A stretch of 59,547 bases of DNA, filler included. It is 4 parts of 4 records of this genome, joined end to end, with 100 filler letters (N's around TTAATTAATTAA, not from the genome) between each part and the next. Parts side by side here need not be neighbours in the genome. Positions count along the whole stretch, not along the records: positions 1 to 26,293 come from SRR31156797_13540; 3 more parts are not named here. One strand, given 5' to 3'. Under the pieces are notes generated by a model, which saw nothing but the letters and a program-made list of their open reading frames with translations, was not told the DNA's origin and ran no database searches. Every line of letters begins with the position of its first letter. The stretch's first letter is position 1. Positions 12,004 through 21,811 of the stretch are shown in pieces. Position numbers and translations under genes: made by a program.

Positions 12004-12092
12004 GATGGCTTATATTTATCTTTCTAATTAATTATTTCATAACTATCGAACAAAACTAAATTCAACGAAGTCCATATTCTAAAGTAAGTATG

Positions 12093-12378
12093 TTTGCAAA
12101 CCAACAAAGCCCTCCCCATTTCCATCGAAGCACCTTTGCAAGCCTGCAAACCCCATTTTATTATGGTGGAGTGTAGTTTGCAAGCCTGCAAAGCATGTGC
12201 TATCGAAAAAAAATATGCCTTCCACGCGTGCAAGCCTAATTCGATTTTGGTAGAGTTTACTTTTCATGCATGAAAAGCATGTTCGACTGTGGTAGAGTGC
12301 AGTTTGCAAGCCTGCACTCCTTATTTTATGAGAAGAAAATGTACTTTGCATGCTTGCAGAGCATATTTTCCTGAAATA
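12093..12378. repeat. Degenerate tandem array, 7 units with exact 42-bp period and a 16-nt palindromic core TTTGCA-N4-TGCAAA
   Basis: Cores start at 12093, 12135, 12177, 12219, 12261, 12303 and 12345, counted directly. Confidence 0.9.
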
Positions 12379-13053
12379 TTATTCTGTTAGCTCTTCCGGT
12401 TCACTAACCACTTCTTCAACTTTTGCTTTACTCGCGGTTTTTGGGAACAAACGATCGGCGAATTTCTTTCCAAACATCTTGGCAGCATCCAAATAATTGT
12501 ATTCGTACTGCTTGCGCAATTCGGCTTGTGCCAATTCTTCATTGGCTACAGCAACTTTCACCTTATTTTCCTCTTCTTCCAATTTCTGTATGGCAGCCTG
12601 CACATCGTTTGCTGCTGCTGTAAGTGGAGCTACGTTTGCATACAGTTGGTGCGTATCTCCCAACGCTATTAGGCGCTCTTTCAGCTGCAAGCTCATGCCC
12701 AATTCCTTTGTAAAAGATGCCCGTACTATGGTAGAGTATTTCCCATCGGGGAACAGCTGAGTATAAATAGGTCGTCCCGGATTCATTCTGTCGAACTGCT
12801 TCGCCGAATCGGATACATTTCGAATAACATCATCCAAAACAGCATCTTTAAACACCAGGTTGTCGTATGCCGAATCACGGTTCTCTTTTTGTGCCAGAGT
12901 TGCAGCATTTTTCTCTTTCAGGAGATTTACCTTAGGAGCAATTGCAGTAGACAATGATTCTGCTCCCTGAGTTTGATTGCTCAAACGAATGTGGCGGTTG
13001 CTATTACTAATGTGTGTTTGCGACGACATTTTGTCGTTTAATAATTTTGCCAT
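12379..13053 (-). CDS. Uncharacterised alpha-helical/coiled-coil protein, 224 aa (LFPDG and RLFP motifs)
   Basis: Clean ORF with Ala/Glu/Lys-rich helical composition and an acidic tail. Its stop codon abuts the 42-bp array. Confidence 0.8.
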   Translation of the reverse strand: MAKLLNDKMSSQTHISNSNRHIRLSNQTQGAESLSTAIAPKVNLLKEKNAATLAQKENRDSAYDNLVFKDAVLDDVIRNVSDSAKQFDRMNPGRPIYTQLFPDGKYSTIVRASFTKELGMSLQLKERLIALGDTHQLYANVAPLTAAANDVQAAIQKLEEEENKVKVAVANEELAQAELRKQYEYNYLDAAKMFGKKFADRLFPKTASKAKVEEVVSEPEELTE

Positions 13054-13420
13054 GATTTTTTAATTTAAATGAATAAAAGTTCTCTATGATAACAAGTAAA
13101 TAAGTCTACTACTATAGATCATAAATTCCTCTCAACTCTTCAAATTCTACTAAACATCATTACTCCAACACATCCCCGACCTACTTTTTATTATGATCGT
13201 AGATTAAATTTAACAAGTTAATTATTCACAAACAAGTAATAAGCAATATTATTTTCACTAACAATACACAAAATCAGCAAAATAGATCAATCAAAACCAA
13301 AGTATTGACACTTATTAATCTTTGTCGTAATTTTAAGAAACCTACACACAACACTTCTAGCTCATATATCCATTTGTGTTTCATAATGATTCATATCATA
13401 CTCATTTAATATCCCATATA

Positions 13421-13993
13421 ATGAAAACAATGCTTCTGCCACTATTGTGTTTACTCCTTTCTGGTCCTTCCTTGGGACAGGATAAAAAGATTATCATTAA
13501 TAATATCGAATTAAAACAATCGCAAATTAACGAATTGGAATATATCTACGACATAAAACCTGAGCCTGGCAATTATTGGTACGATACAAAAAGTGGTTTG
13601 TATGGCGTTGTTGGTTATGCCTCCTTTGGCTTCATGTTTCATGGTCACGATTTTGGAGAAATCAAACAAGATGTATCCAAAGGGAACACTAATGTAGTGG
13701 TTAATGGTCGTGAGTTACCTCAAAATGAATGGCTGGTTTGGAGCTATGTACTGGGCTATTACATTCAGCCCGGAAGATATTGGTTCGATCATTTGGGCAA
13801 TGCTGGCTACGAAGGAAATCCTATCCCTACAGTAAACCTTTACTATGCAGCTCAGCAAAATCAATATATAGGACAAGGTAGCAGTGGAGACAATTTCTGG
13901 TCTACCCGATTTAGTGCTGGCAATTCCGACCGTGGAAATACACGAGGCTATGTAAGTGTTCCAGGGCATGGACCAGTTGGATATGGTTTCTGA
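13421..13993 (+). CDS. Secreted hypothetical protein with PGxYWYD / GNTxVxVNGREL motifs
   Basis: Signal-peptide-like start MKTMLLPLLCLLLSGPSLG (ATG 13421; the ORF track starts at 13376) and two internal PGxYW repeats. Confidence 0.8.
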   Translation: MKTMLLPLLCLLLSGPSLGQDKKIIINNIELKQSQINELEYIYDIKPEPGNYWYDTKSGLYGVVGYASFGFMFHGHDFGEIKQDVSKGNTNVVVNGRELPQNEWLVWSYVLGYYIQPGRYWFDHLGNAGYEGNPIPTVNLYYAAQQNQYIGQGSSGDNFWSTRFSAGNSDRGNTRGYVSVPGHGPVGYGF

Positions 13994-14209
13994 AAAGCTC
14001 CAAGTTTACAAATATCAAATTCCAAATAATAAGCGATTACATCATTGAGATCTGAAATATGTATATGCACTCATCTGATAAAGAATCATGAATTACGCTA
14101 TTCTCAAAAAAACAAAAGGATATGTAAGTATGCTCAAGCCTGAACCTGCTGGATGTGAAATGTAAAAAGTTTCGTTAGATCTAATCTAGGCTAGAGCAGA
14201 ATAAATTCA

Positions 14210-14536
14210 CTACGCTTCTAAATTTTTATACTTTATCAAGCCAAATAAAAAGAATAAACCAATAGGAAAAAATAGGAAACAAATAATTACACTGAAAATA
14301 AACTTCATTTTCGTCATTTTAAAATCCAATTGCGATTTACTCAGACTATAACCTGCCATAACACTACACATCATAATAGCACACGAAATAGGCAAATAAG
14401 AAATCAAGGCATCTAATACATTTGCAAATCCATCTTCACGACCCATAAAATATATAAATTGAGCTGCAATAAGCGAAATTCCCCATAGTATTGAGAGTAT
14501 AATTATTAATCTTGAATTATTCTGTTCTTGTTTCAT
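14210..14536 (-). CDS. Small hypothetical membrane protein (about 3 TM helices)
   Basis: 108-aa ORF with three hydrophobic stretches. Confidence 0.6.
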   Translation of the reverse strand: MKQEQNNSRLIIILSILWGISLIAAQFIYFMGREDGFANVLDALISYLPISCAIMMCSVMAGYSLSKSQLDFKMTKMKFIFSVIICFLFFPIGLFFLFGLIKYKNLEA

Positions 14537-14755
14537 AGTTCGTTATGCTTTTTATAAAATACAAGATTAAATATAGACATAAAACATATTCTAATATTAT
14601 TAAAAGTTATCTATTCATTGTTTTTTAGCTCAACGCCTTTATATCACAGTTGAGTCAAATGATAAAACAGATATATCGCCCATAGTAGGATTAATTTTTA
14701 TTTAAAGATTAAATTTTTTCTAAATTTGCCATTCAACTTAATAAGGGGTAAAAAA

Positions 14756-17700
14756 TTGGAACTGAAAGAACTTACGCAAATATTCTCTGAGCATCCGGCT
14801 CGATACAGCATTGACAATCATTTAAAAGAAACATCAAACTTTCATCTCCATTTGAAAGGGTTGATTGGTTCTTCACTTTCATTGCTGGTATCTGCCATTA
14901 GCGAACAAAATAAGCCACACTTGTTTATTTTAAACGACAAGGAGGAAGCTGCTTATTTTTATAATGATTTGTGTAATCTGGTTGATGAGAGTTCTGTTCT
15001 GTTTTTTCCATCGTCGTATAAGCGATCGGTACAATACGAAAAAACCGACAATTCCAATATCATTCTTCGTGCCGAAACACTTAACCGTTTGAACTCAGAC
15101 AAACAAACTGGTTTTATTGTCACTTTCCCCGAGGCTATTGTCGAGAAAGTTATTAGCCAGGAACAATTAAGCGAGAATACCCTAAAAATTAAGGTTGGTG
15201 AAAAATTATCACCCGAATTTGTTGAAGAAGTTTTAGTGGATTACGAATTTGAGCGTGCCGATTTTGTAGTAGAACCCGGGCAATTCTCTATTCGAGGTAG
15301 CATTATTGATATTTTCTCTTTTTCGGATGAGCATCCATTTCGTATCGACTTTTTTGGTGAGGAGATCGATTCCATCCGTATGTTTGATGTAGAGAACCAA
15401 TTGTCCATAAAAAAGATGGATCAGGTTGATATCATTCCAAACATACAGGAAAACCTGTTAAAGAATTCACGCATCTCTTTCTTAGATTTCACCCCGAAGA
15501 ATTCCATATTCTGGTGTAAGAATGTCCAATTCATTAGTGATCGCATTCAGGCAATCTATGAAAACACCATTGAAAAATTGCCGCATTTGCAATTGGGCGA
15601 TGATGCTGTTGCCTCTAAAGATTACCTGATACAAGGAGTTGAATTTATCGATCAGCTTAATGCTTATTCTTGTATAGAGTTCGGGCAAAAATTCTTTTTC
15701 CCAAGTGAAAATGAAATACAATTCAACCAAACACCACAACCTTCATTCAATAAAAACTTTGATTTGCTTGGTGAACATTTACTCAACAACAATGCAAAGG
15801 CAGAATCTAATTTTATCTTATCGGATAATCCAAAACAGATTGAACGTATCCATAATATTTTCGACGACAAAGGCATTGAAGTTGAATTTCAGGATGTAAA
15901 TCAAACCCTGCACGAAGGATTCTCGGATCGGGATTTAAGGTTGGCTTGTTTTACCGATCACCAGATTTTTGACAGGTATCACAAATTCAAGTTAAAAACA
16001 GCTAGCGTTCACAAAGCAAAAGAGGCGGTTACCTTAAAAGAGATCAACCGACTTCATCCTGGCGATTACATTGTGCATTCCGATCATGGAATTGGTCGTT
16101 TTGGCGGATTACAGAAAATTGATGTGAATGGAAAAGATCAGGAAGCAATTCGATTGGTTTATAAAGACAACGACATATTGTTTGTGAGTTTGCACTCCTT
16201 ACACAAAATATCAAAATACAAAGGAAAAGATGGATCGGCTCCTAAAATTTACAAATTGGGAACCGGTGCGTGGCAAAAACTAAAAGACAAAACCAAGAGT
16301 AAGGTTAAAGATATCGCTAAAGATCTGATCGCACTTTATGCAAAGCGTAAAGCCGAGAGAGGTTTTCAGTTCAGTCCGGATTCCTACATGCAGCAGGAGT
16401 TGGAAGCATCCTTCATTTATGAGGATACACCCGATCAGGTGAAAGCTACCAGAGCTACTAAAGAAGGAATGGAATCGCAATTCCCAATGGATAGATTGGT
16501 TTGTGGCGATGTTGGATTTGGTAAAACCGAAATTGCCATTCGTGCAGCCTTTAAAGCTGTTGCCGACAACAAGCAGGTTGCCATTTTGGTTCCTACCACA
16601 ATTTTGGCTTTTCAGCATTTCAAAACCTTTAGCGAACGACTGAAAAATTTCCCATGTCGTGTAGATTACATCAGTCGCATGCGAAAAGCAAAAGATCAAA
16701 AAGAGATTTTAAAAAACATTAAAGCAGGTCAGATCGATATACTAATAGGTACTCACCGAATTATTGGAAAGGATATTGACTTTAAAGATTTGGGATTGCT
16801 AATTGTTGATGAAGAACAGAAGTTTGGTGTATCGGTTAAGGAGAAACTAAAACAACTAAAAGTAAATGTAGATACCCTTACTTTAACAGCAACTCCAATT
16901 CCGAGAACTTTACAATTCTCCTTAATGGGGGCACGTGATTTGTCGATTATCAACACACCACCACCAAATCGTTATCCTATTGCAACCGAAGTTCACAACT
17001 TTAACGAAGATATAATCCGTGAAGCCATTTCGTATGAAGTAGAGCGAAACGGACAGGTTTTCTTTATTCACAATCGCGTTCAGAACATTAAGGAAGTTCA
17101 GGATATGATTCACAGAACAGTTCCTGGCGTTTCCACTGTTGTGGCACATGGTCAGATGGACGGACCAAAGTTAGAGAAAATCATGCTTGAATTTATCCGT
17201 GGCGATTACGATGTATTGATCGCAACAACCATTATTGAATCAGGTCTAGATATTCCGAATGCCAATACCATTATTATTAACAACGGCCAAAATTTTGGTT
17301 TGAGTGAATTGCACCAGTTGCGTGGTCGTGTAGGACGATCAAACAAAAAGGCATTCTGTTATTTGCTAACTCCTCCAATGGAATCCATGACTCAGGAAGC
17401 CCGCCAAAGATTACAGGCAATTGAAAACTTCTCGGAACTGGGAAGTGGTTTCAATATTGCCATGCAGGATTTGGATATTCGTGGAGCAGGTAACCTATTA
17501 GGTGGCGAACAATCTGGATTTATCACAGATATTGGATACGAAACCTATCAGCGAATCTTGAACGAAGCCATGCTTGAATTAAAAGAGAATGAGTTTAAGG
17601 ATGTGTTTGCCGACGAAAAGAAAGAAGAGGAAAAGGAACTGATTCGTTTTATTAACGATTGTCAAATAGATACCGATTTAGAAATACTTTTCCCTGAAGA

Positions 17701-18103
17701 ATATGTGGAGAGCATCTCGGAAAGGGTTCGTTTGTATCGCGAATTGGATAATATTCAAAGCAAAGAAGAGATTGAAAAATTCGAACTTCAATTGAAAGAT
17801 AGATTCGGAAAATTACCTGCAGCGAGTATTGAGTTATTAAATGTAGTACAATTGCGTTGGTTGGCTCTCGATTTAGGTATCGAGAAAATGATTCTGAAGA
17901 GTAAGAAACTTGTCTTGTACTTTATTTCCGATCAGGAATCACCTTTCTACCAATCACCACAATTCAGCAAGGTGTTACAGTTTCTGCAAAGTCAAAAAGT
18001 TCCTTGCAAAATGAAGGAAGCTAAAAATCGCTTAAGTCTAAGCTTCGAAAATGTGACCAATATAAAATCAGCAAGTGAAATACTAGATAAAATCATAGAA
18101 TAG
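14756..18103 (+). CDS. mfd: Transcription-repair coupling factor
   Basis: UvrB-like N-terminus, CarD/RID region (GDYIVHSDHGIG), GDVGFGKT, DEEQKFG, TATPIPRT, QLRGRVGR, TRCF C-terminus. A TAAATTTG promoter box at 14721-14728 favours the TTG start at 14756. Confidence 0.97.
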   Translation: MELKELTQIFSEHPARYSIDNHLKETSNFHLHLKGLIGSSLSLLVSAISEQNKPHLFILNDKEEAAYFYNDLCNLVDESSVLFFPSSYKRSVQYEKTDNSNIILRAETLNRLNSDKQTGFIVTFPEAIVEKVISQEQLSENTLKIKVGEKLSPEFVEEVLVDYEFERADFVVEPGQFSIRGSIIDIFSFSDEHPFRIDFFGEEIDSIRMFDVENQLSIKKMDQVDIIPNIQENLLKNSRISFLDFTPKNSIFWCKNVQFISDRIQAIYENTIEKLPHLQLGDDAVASKDYLIQGVEFIDQLNAYSCIEFGQKFFFPSENEIQFNQTPQPSFNKNFDLLGEHLLNNNAKAESNFILSDNPKQIERIHNIFDDKGIEVEFQDVNQTLHEGFSDRDLRLACFTDHQIFDRYHKFKLKTASVHKAKEAVTLKEINRLHPGDYIVHSDHGIGRFGGLQKIDVNGKDQEAIRLVYKDNDILFVSLHSLHKISKYKGKDGSAPKIYKLGTGAWQKLKDKTKSKVKDIAKDLIALYAKRKAERGFQFSPDSYMQQELEASFIYEDTPDQVKATRATKEGMESQFPMDRLVCGDVGFGKTEIAIRAAFKAVADNKQVAILVPTTILAFQHFKTFSERLKNFPCRVDYISRMRKAKDQKEILKNIKAGQIDILIGTHRIIGKDIDFKDLGLLIVDEEQKFGVSVKEKLKQLKVNVDTLTLTATPIPRTLQFSLMGARDLSIINTPPPNRYPIATEVHNFNEDIIREAISYEVERNGQVFFIHNRVQNIKEVQDMIHRTVPGVSTVVAHGQMDGPKLEKIMLEFIRGDYDVLIATTIIESGLDIPNANTIIINNGQNFGLSELHQLRGRVGRSNKKAFCYLLTPPMESMTQEARQRLQAIENFSELGSGFNIAMQDLDIRGAGNLLGGEQSGFITDIGYETYQRILNEAMLELKENEFKDVFADEKKEEEKELIRFINDCQIDTDLEILFPEEYVESISERVRLYRELDNIQSKEEIEKFELQLKDRFGKLPAASIELLNVVQLRWLALDLGIEKMILKSKKLVLYFISDQESPFYQSPQFSKVLQFLQSQKVPCKMKEAKNRLSLSFENVTNIKSASEILDKIIE

Positions 18104-18136
18104 AAAAAGCCGGGAGTTAAAACTTCCGGCTTTCTT
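18104..18136. terminator. Bidirectional intrinsic terminator between mfd and the convergent regulator
   Basis: AAAGCCGGGAGTT-AA-AACTTCCGGCTTT, with an A-run before and a T-rich tail after. Confidence 0.7.
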
Positions 18137-18162
18137 ATTTTTAAAAATTCTTCTTTTTGTAT

Positions 18163-19260
18163 TTATACTTCCCGAACATAGCAAACAATTCCTTTATCTA
18201 TCCCAGCATCATTACGAAGCATCGATGAGTACAATTGTAAGCGAGTTTCCTTTCCGTCAATATCAAAAGTTAGCTCGATTTCGTAGTTACTATCTTTTTC
18301 AGTCGGAACCAAAATATCTTCTGTAAATGATTTCTCTCTACCCGATAAAGACAAATCGCTGTATGGCTTGCCAACCATTTCATTTTCGGCTATCCCAAAA
18401 ATTCGTTCACATCCTTTATTCCAGGATTTCACCATTCCATTTAAATCAAATGTAACCACACCATCATGAAAATGATTGATAATATCAGCTTTTTCAGCTA
18501 ACATTTCACGATAAGCAAATTCCTGCGTTACATCACGAATGATTAACTGCAAATTGTTTTTCCCATTAAATTCGATATGAGCACCTGTTAATCCAACATC
18601 AATATGATCTCCATGAATGGTTTTGAATTTTATATGAGTATAATCAATCCCCTTTCCCATTTCAACGGAACGCTCCAGCTTATCTCTAAATTCATTTTGA
18701 TAATCATCACCCACGAATGAAAGAAGTGGTAAGCCCATTAAATCTTCAATATAAGCGGTCTTGAACAATTTTAAACCTAAACAATTCAAATACTCAATAT
18801 GCCCACCTTCGTTAACCAATACAATTGCCTCTGGCGAATCGGTGATAAAATTTCGAAAGCGCTTCTCTCGCATTTTCTGATCTAAATCGAATTGATGCTT
18901 ATAAAAAGCCAACTCTATTGAAATGCCCAACTCCTTTTTATCAATTGGTTTCACCAAATAACCATACGAATGTGTATTGATTACACGCTGAATCGTTGAT
19001 TCTTCAGTATCACTGGAAAGAAAAATTACCGGAATATCAAATTTAGATTTGATCAATTCGGTTGTTTGTATACCATCCAACTCTCCACCCAAATGTACAT
19101 CCATAAGAATAATATCCGGACCTAGTTTCTCACACAAACGAATAGCTTCTTTACCGTCTTCAACAATCCCAAGTAAATCGTATCCCAGTTCTTTCAAAAA
19201 CATTCTGAAGATGGTTGATATTAAGCTATCATCTTCAACGATTAATATCTTTTTTTTCAT
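18163..19260 (-). CDS. Response regulator with REC plus two PAS domains and no output domain
   Basis: ILIVEDD...ILMDV...KP receiver motifs, then two PAS-like segments (SPEAIVLVNEGG; DGVVTFDLNGMVKSWNKGCERIFG). Confidence 0.85.
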   Translation of the reverse strand: MKKKILIVEDDSLISTIFRMFLKELGYDLLGIVEDGKEAIRLCEKLGPDIILMDVHLGGELDGIQTTELIKSKFDIPVIFLSSDTEESTIQRVINTHSYGYLVKPIDKKELGISIELAFYKHQFDLDQKMREKRFRNFITDSPEAIVLVNEGGHIEYLNCLGLKLFKTAYIEDLMGLPLLSFVGDDYQNEFRDKLERSVEMGKGIDYTHIKFKTIHGDHIDVGLTGAHIEFNGKNNLQLIIRDVTQEFAYREMLAEKADIINHFHDGVVTFDLNGMVKSWNKGCERIFGIAENEMVGKPYSDLSLSGREKSFTEDILVPTEKDSNYEIELTFDIDGKETRLQLYSSMLRNDAGIDKGIVCYVREV

Positions 19261-19474
19261 TAAGCAATTATTGAATATTTAATCAATCTAATTATCAATA
19301 CCAAATAGAGTAATGCTGTTTTAAATCAAATCAAATACATATTAGAACTAATTGTCTATTTAAAATGATTTTAAAAAACCTCAATATCACTTTATTAATA
19401 TGCCTAAAGTTTGCTATTTTTATGCGATTTTACAAGATATTTACAAGAAATTCCAACCTTCAATATTTAGCAAG

Positions 19475-20218
19475 TTGAATCTAATAATAGATATAGGAAA
19501 CACAAAAATAAAAGCTGCAATATTCAATGCAGGTGTAATGTTACAATTAGAAACTTCAATTGAAACAGAATTGTTATTCGTGAAGGATTTATTGTCAAGA
19601 TATAATAATGTAGAGAATGTAATTATCTCGTCGGTACGGGAAAATCCAGAATCGCTTATAAACTATTTGAAAAAAAAATGTAATAAAGTTTTTTTCTTTA
19701 ATTCCGAGTTGCCGATTCCCTTTGATAATTTGTACGAAACAAAAAACACCTTAGGCTATGATCGATTGGCTGCATGTATAGGGGCTTTTACGAAATTTCA
19801 GAATCAAAACATTTTAGTTATTGATGCTGGAACAGCCATAACTTTCGATTTTGTAAACGAAAAAGCGCAGTATTGTGGTGGTTGCATTTCTCCTGGAATT
19901 AATATGCGATACAAAGCATTAAATCAATTCACCAGCAAATTACCACAGCTTTCTATCAGCGATAATTTCGAGTTAATAGGAAAGAATACCAAAGATGCCA
20001 TCATTGGTGGTGTTCAGAACGGAATAATTTTCGAAGTGGATTCCTATATAAACAAGTTAAAAATAGATTATCCAGATTTAAAAGTGGTTTTAACAGGAGG
20101 AGATGCTCCATTTCTACATCGACATATAGAAAGCAAAACAGTTCTCAATATCGATATTCTTCTAATAGGATTGAATCGTATATTAGATTTTAATTCATCG
20201 GACATGCCTAATAATTAG
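19475..20218 (+). CDS. coaX: Type III pantothenate kinase
   Basis: IIDIGNT, LGYDR, VIDAGTAITFD, GGCISPG, LTGGDA. TTG start at 19475; the ORF track starts at 19400. Confidence 0.95.
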   Translation: MNLIIDIGNTKIKAAIFNAGVMLQLETSIETELLFVKDLLSRYNNVENVIISSVRENPESLINYLKKKCNKVFFFNSELPIPFDNLYETKNTLGYDRLAACIGAFTKFQNQNILVIDAGTAITFDFVNEKAQYCGGCISPGINMRYKALNQFTSKLPQLSISDNFELIGKNTKDAIIGGVQNGIIFEVDSYINKLKIDYPDLKVVLTGGDAPFLHRHIESKTVLNIDILLIGLNRILDFNSSDMPNN

Positions 20219-20225
20219 GAATCTT

Positions 20226-20256
20226 TTTGCTGATTTCTAATTTATTTATAGTTTTG
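20226..20256 (+). promoter_or_regulatory. Bacteroidota sigma-A promoter upstream of the TPR gene
   Basis: TTTG (20226-20229), 19 nt, then TAGTTTTG (20249-20256). A second TAGTTTTG lies at 20431-20438. Confidence 0.55.
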
Positions 20257-20473
20257 CATGATGCTGTACAAATAGGTCAGCAGTTGATCTTTTTTGATTG
20301 ACAACAAAACTTATACTGAAACTTTGGTATGAGTTTTGCAGCTTTAGTTCGTATAAAACTAAAACTTTCGTTATATTAGTTTCGAGAAACAGATATGACT
20401 TTTTACATGATATTATATGTATCATTTTTTTAGTTTTGCAACAAATAAACTTGATTATAAAAAATTTAGTAAC

Positions 20474-21811
20474 ATGAAGACAAAACTTTCAATCGTAACA
20501 ATGGTTCTTTTGTTTTCAAGTCTGTTTACCGTAAAGGCTCAGACTTTGGAATCAAAATATGGATTGGACAGTGTGCAAACAATAACAAACGCTTCTCTCT
20601 ACGTTCAGATGGTAAAGCAGAAGAATTATGTGGAAGCACTTCCAGGATGGAGATATGTATATACTAATGCACCTGCATATCAAAAAACAACTTATAGCAA
20701 AGGCGCAACTATAATGCGCGGAATGTATATCAAAACTAAAGACGTTAAGTATTTAGATACATTGATGATGGTTTACGATCAAAGAATCAAATACTTTGGT
20801 AAAGATCGTAAGTATCCTGAAGGATGGATTTTAGGTCGTAAAGGTAGTGACTTATTTAAATATAAGAAAAAGGATATTGCCTCAGTAAAAGAAGCTTATA
20901 GCATAATGAAAAAATCTATCGAAATGCAAGGCTTAAAGTCAGGTGCTTCTGTTATCAACAACACGATGGATGCATCCGGTATTTTGGTTAAAGCAGGTGA
21001 GATTGAAGCTGAAGAAGTAATCGACAACTATCTTTTTTTCATGGATATGGCAGCTAAGCAAAAAGCAGCTACTACCGATCAAAAGAAAATTGATAATTAC
21101 GAAAATGCTCGTTTAAATGTTGAGCGTATTTTCTTCAAGGCTGGTGTTGCTGATTGCGAAACACTAAGCAATATCTTTACTACTAAATTCGAAGCTAACA
21201 AAGACGATATGGTTTTGATCAACAAAATCCTTCGTATGTTGAATCGTCAGGAGTGTGAAGACGGAGCTTTATATGCAATGGTAGCTGAAAGAAAGTACGA
21301 GTTGGAGCCAAATGCTGATGCGGCACACAACTTGGCCAAGATGTTTATCAAGAAGAAAGAATTTGGTAAGAGTAAAGGTTATCTTGAGCAAGCTATTGAG
21401 TTGGAAGAAGATGCTGAAATTAAAGCAGATCTACATTATAAATTAGCTTATATTCTATTAAGTCAAAATCAATTAAGAGCTTCTAAATCTAACGCATTAA
21501 AAGCTATTAGTTTAAAATCTGGATGGGGTGCTCCTTATTTATTGATTGGTAAAGCTTACGTATCTTACAGTAAAAATTACGGAACTACGCCTTTAGATCA
21601 TCAGAAAGTATACTGGGTTGCTGTAGATAAATTTATCAAAGCAAAATCGGTAGATCCTGAATGTGCTGAAGAAGCAAGAGGACTAATCAACACCTACTCT
21701 AAGTATTTCCCTGGAAAAGAAGAAGCTTTCTTTGAAGGAATTAAAAACGGAGATGTTGTTAAAATTGGTGACTGGATTAATGAAACTACAAAGGCTCGTT
21801 TGAATGAATAG
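20474..21811 (+). CDS. Exported tetratricopeptide-repeat protein of the conserved Bacteroidota coaX-lptC cluster
   Basis: Signal peptide MKTKLSIVTMVLLFSSLFTVKA, helical TPR-like repeats, and a C-terminal YWVAVDKF...IGDWINETT motif. Confidence 0.85.
   Translation: MKTKLSIVTMVLLFSSLFTVKAQTLESKYGLDSVQTITNASLYVQMVKQKNYVEALPGWRYVYTNAPAYQKTTYSKGATIMRGMYIKTKDVKYLDTLMMVYDQRIKYFGKDRKYPEGWILGRKGSDLFKYKKKDIASVKEAYSIMKKSIEMQGLKSGASVINNTMDASGILVKAGEIEAEEVIDNYLFFMDMAAKQKAATTDQKKIDNYENARLNVERIFFKAGVADCETLSNIFTTKFEANKDDMVLINKILRMLNRQECEDGALYAMVAERKYELEPNADAAHNLAKMFIKKKEFGKSKGYLEQAIELEEDAEIKADLHYKLAYILLSQNQLRASKSNALKAISLKSGWGAPYLLIGKAYVSYSKNYGTTPLDHQKVYWVAVDKFIKAKSVDPECAEEARGLINTYSKYFPGKEEAFFEGIKNGDVVKIGDWINETTKARLNE

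Noticed and set aside
12024-12351. The 69-aa and 90-aa minus-strand ORFs over the array as real genes
   Set aside because: They overlap in different frames, the LQACK frame is broken by a TAA within the array, and conservation tracks the DNA palindrome rather than amino acids. Coding is not fully excluded.
12093-12378. Calling the 42-bp array a CRISPR array
   Set aside because: The conserved part is only about 16 nt and degenerate, the intervals resemble each other, and there are no cas genes. It is reported as a different kind of array.
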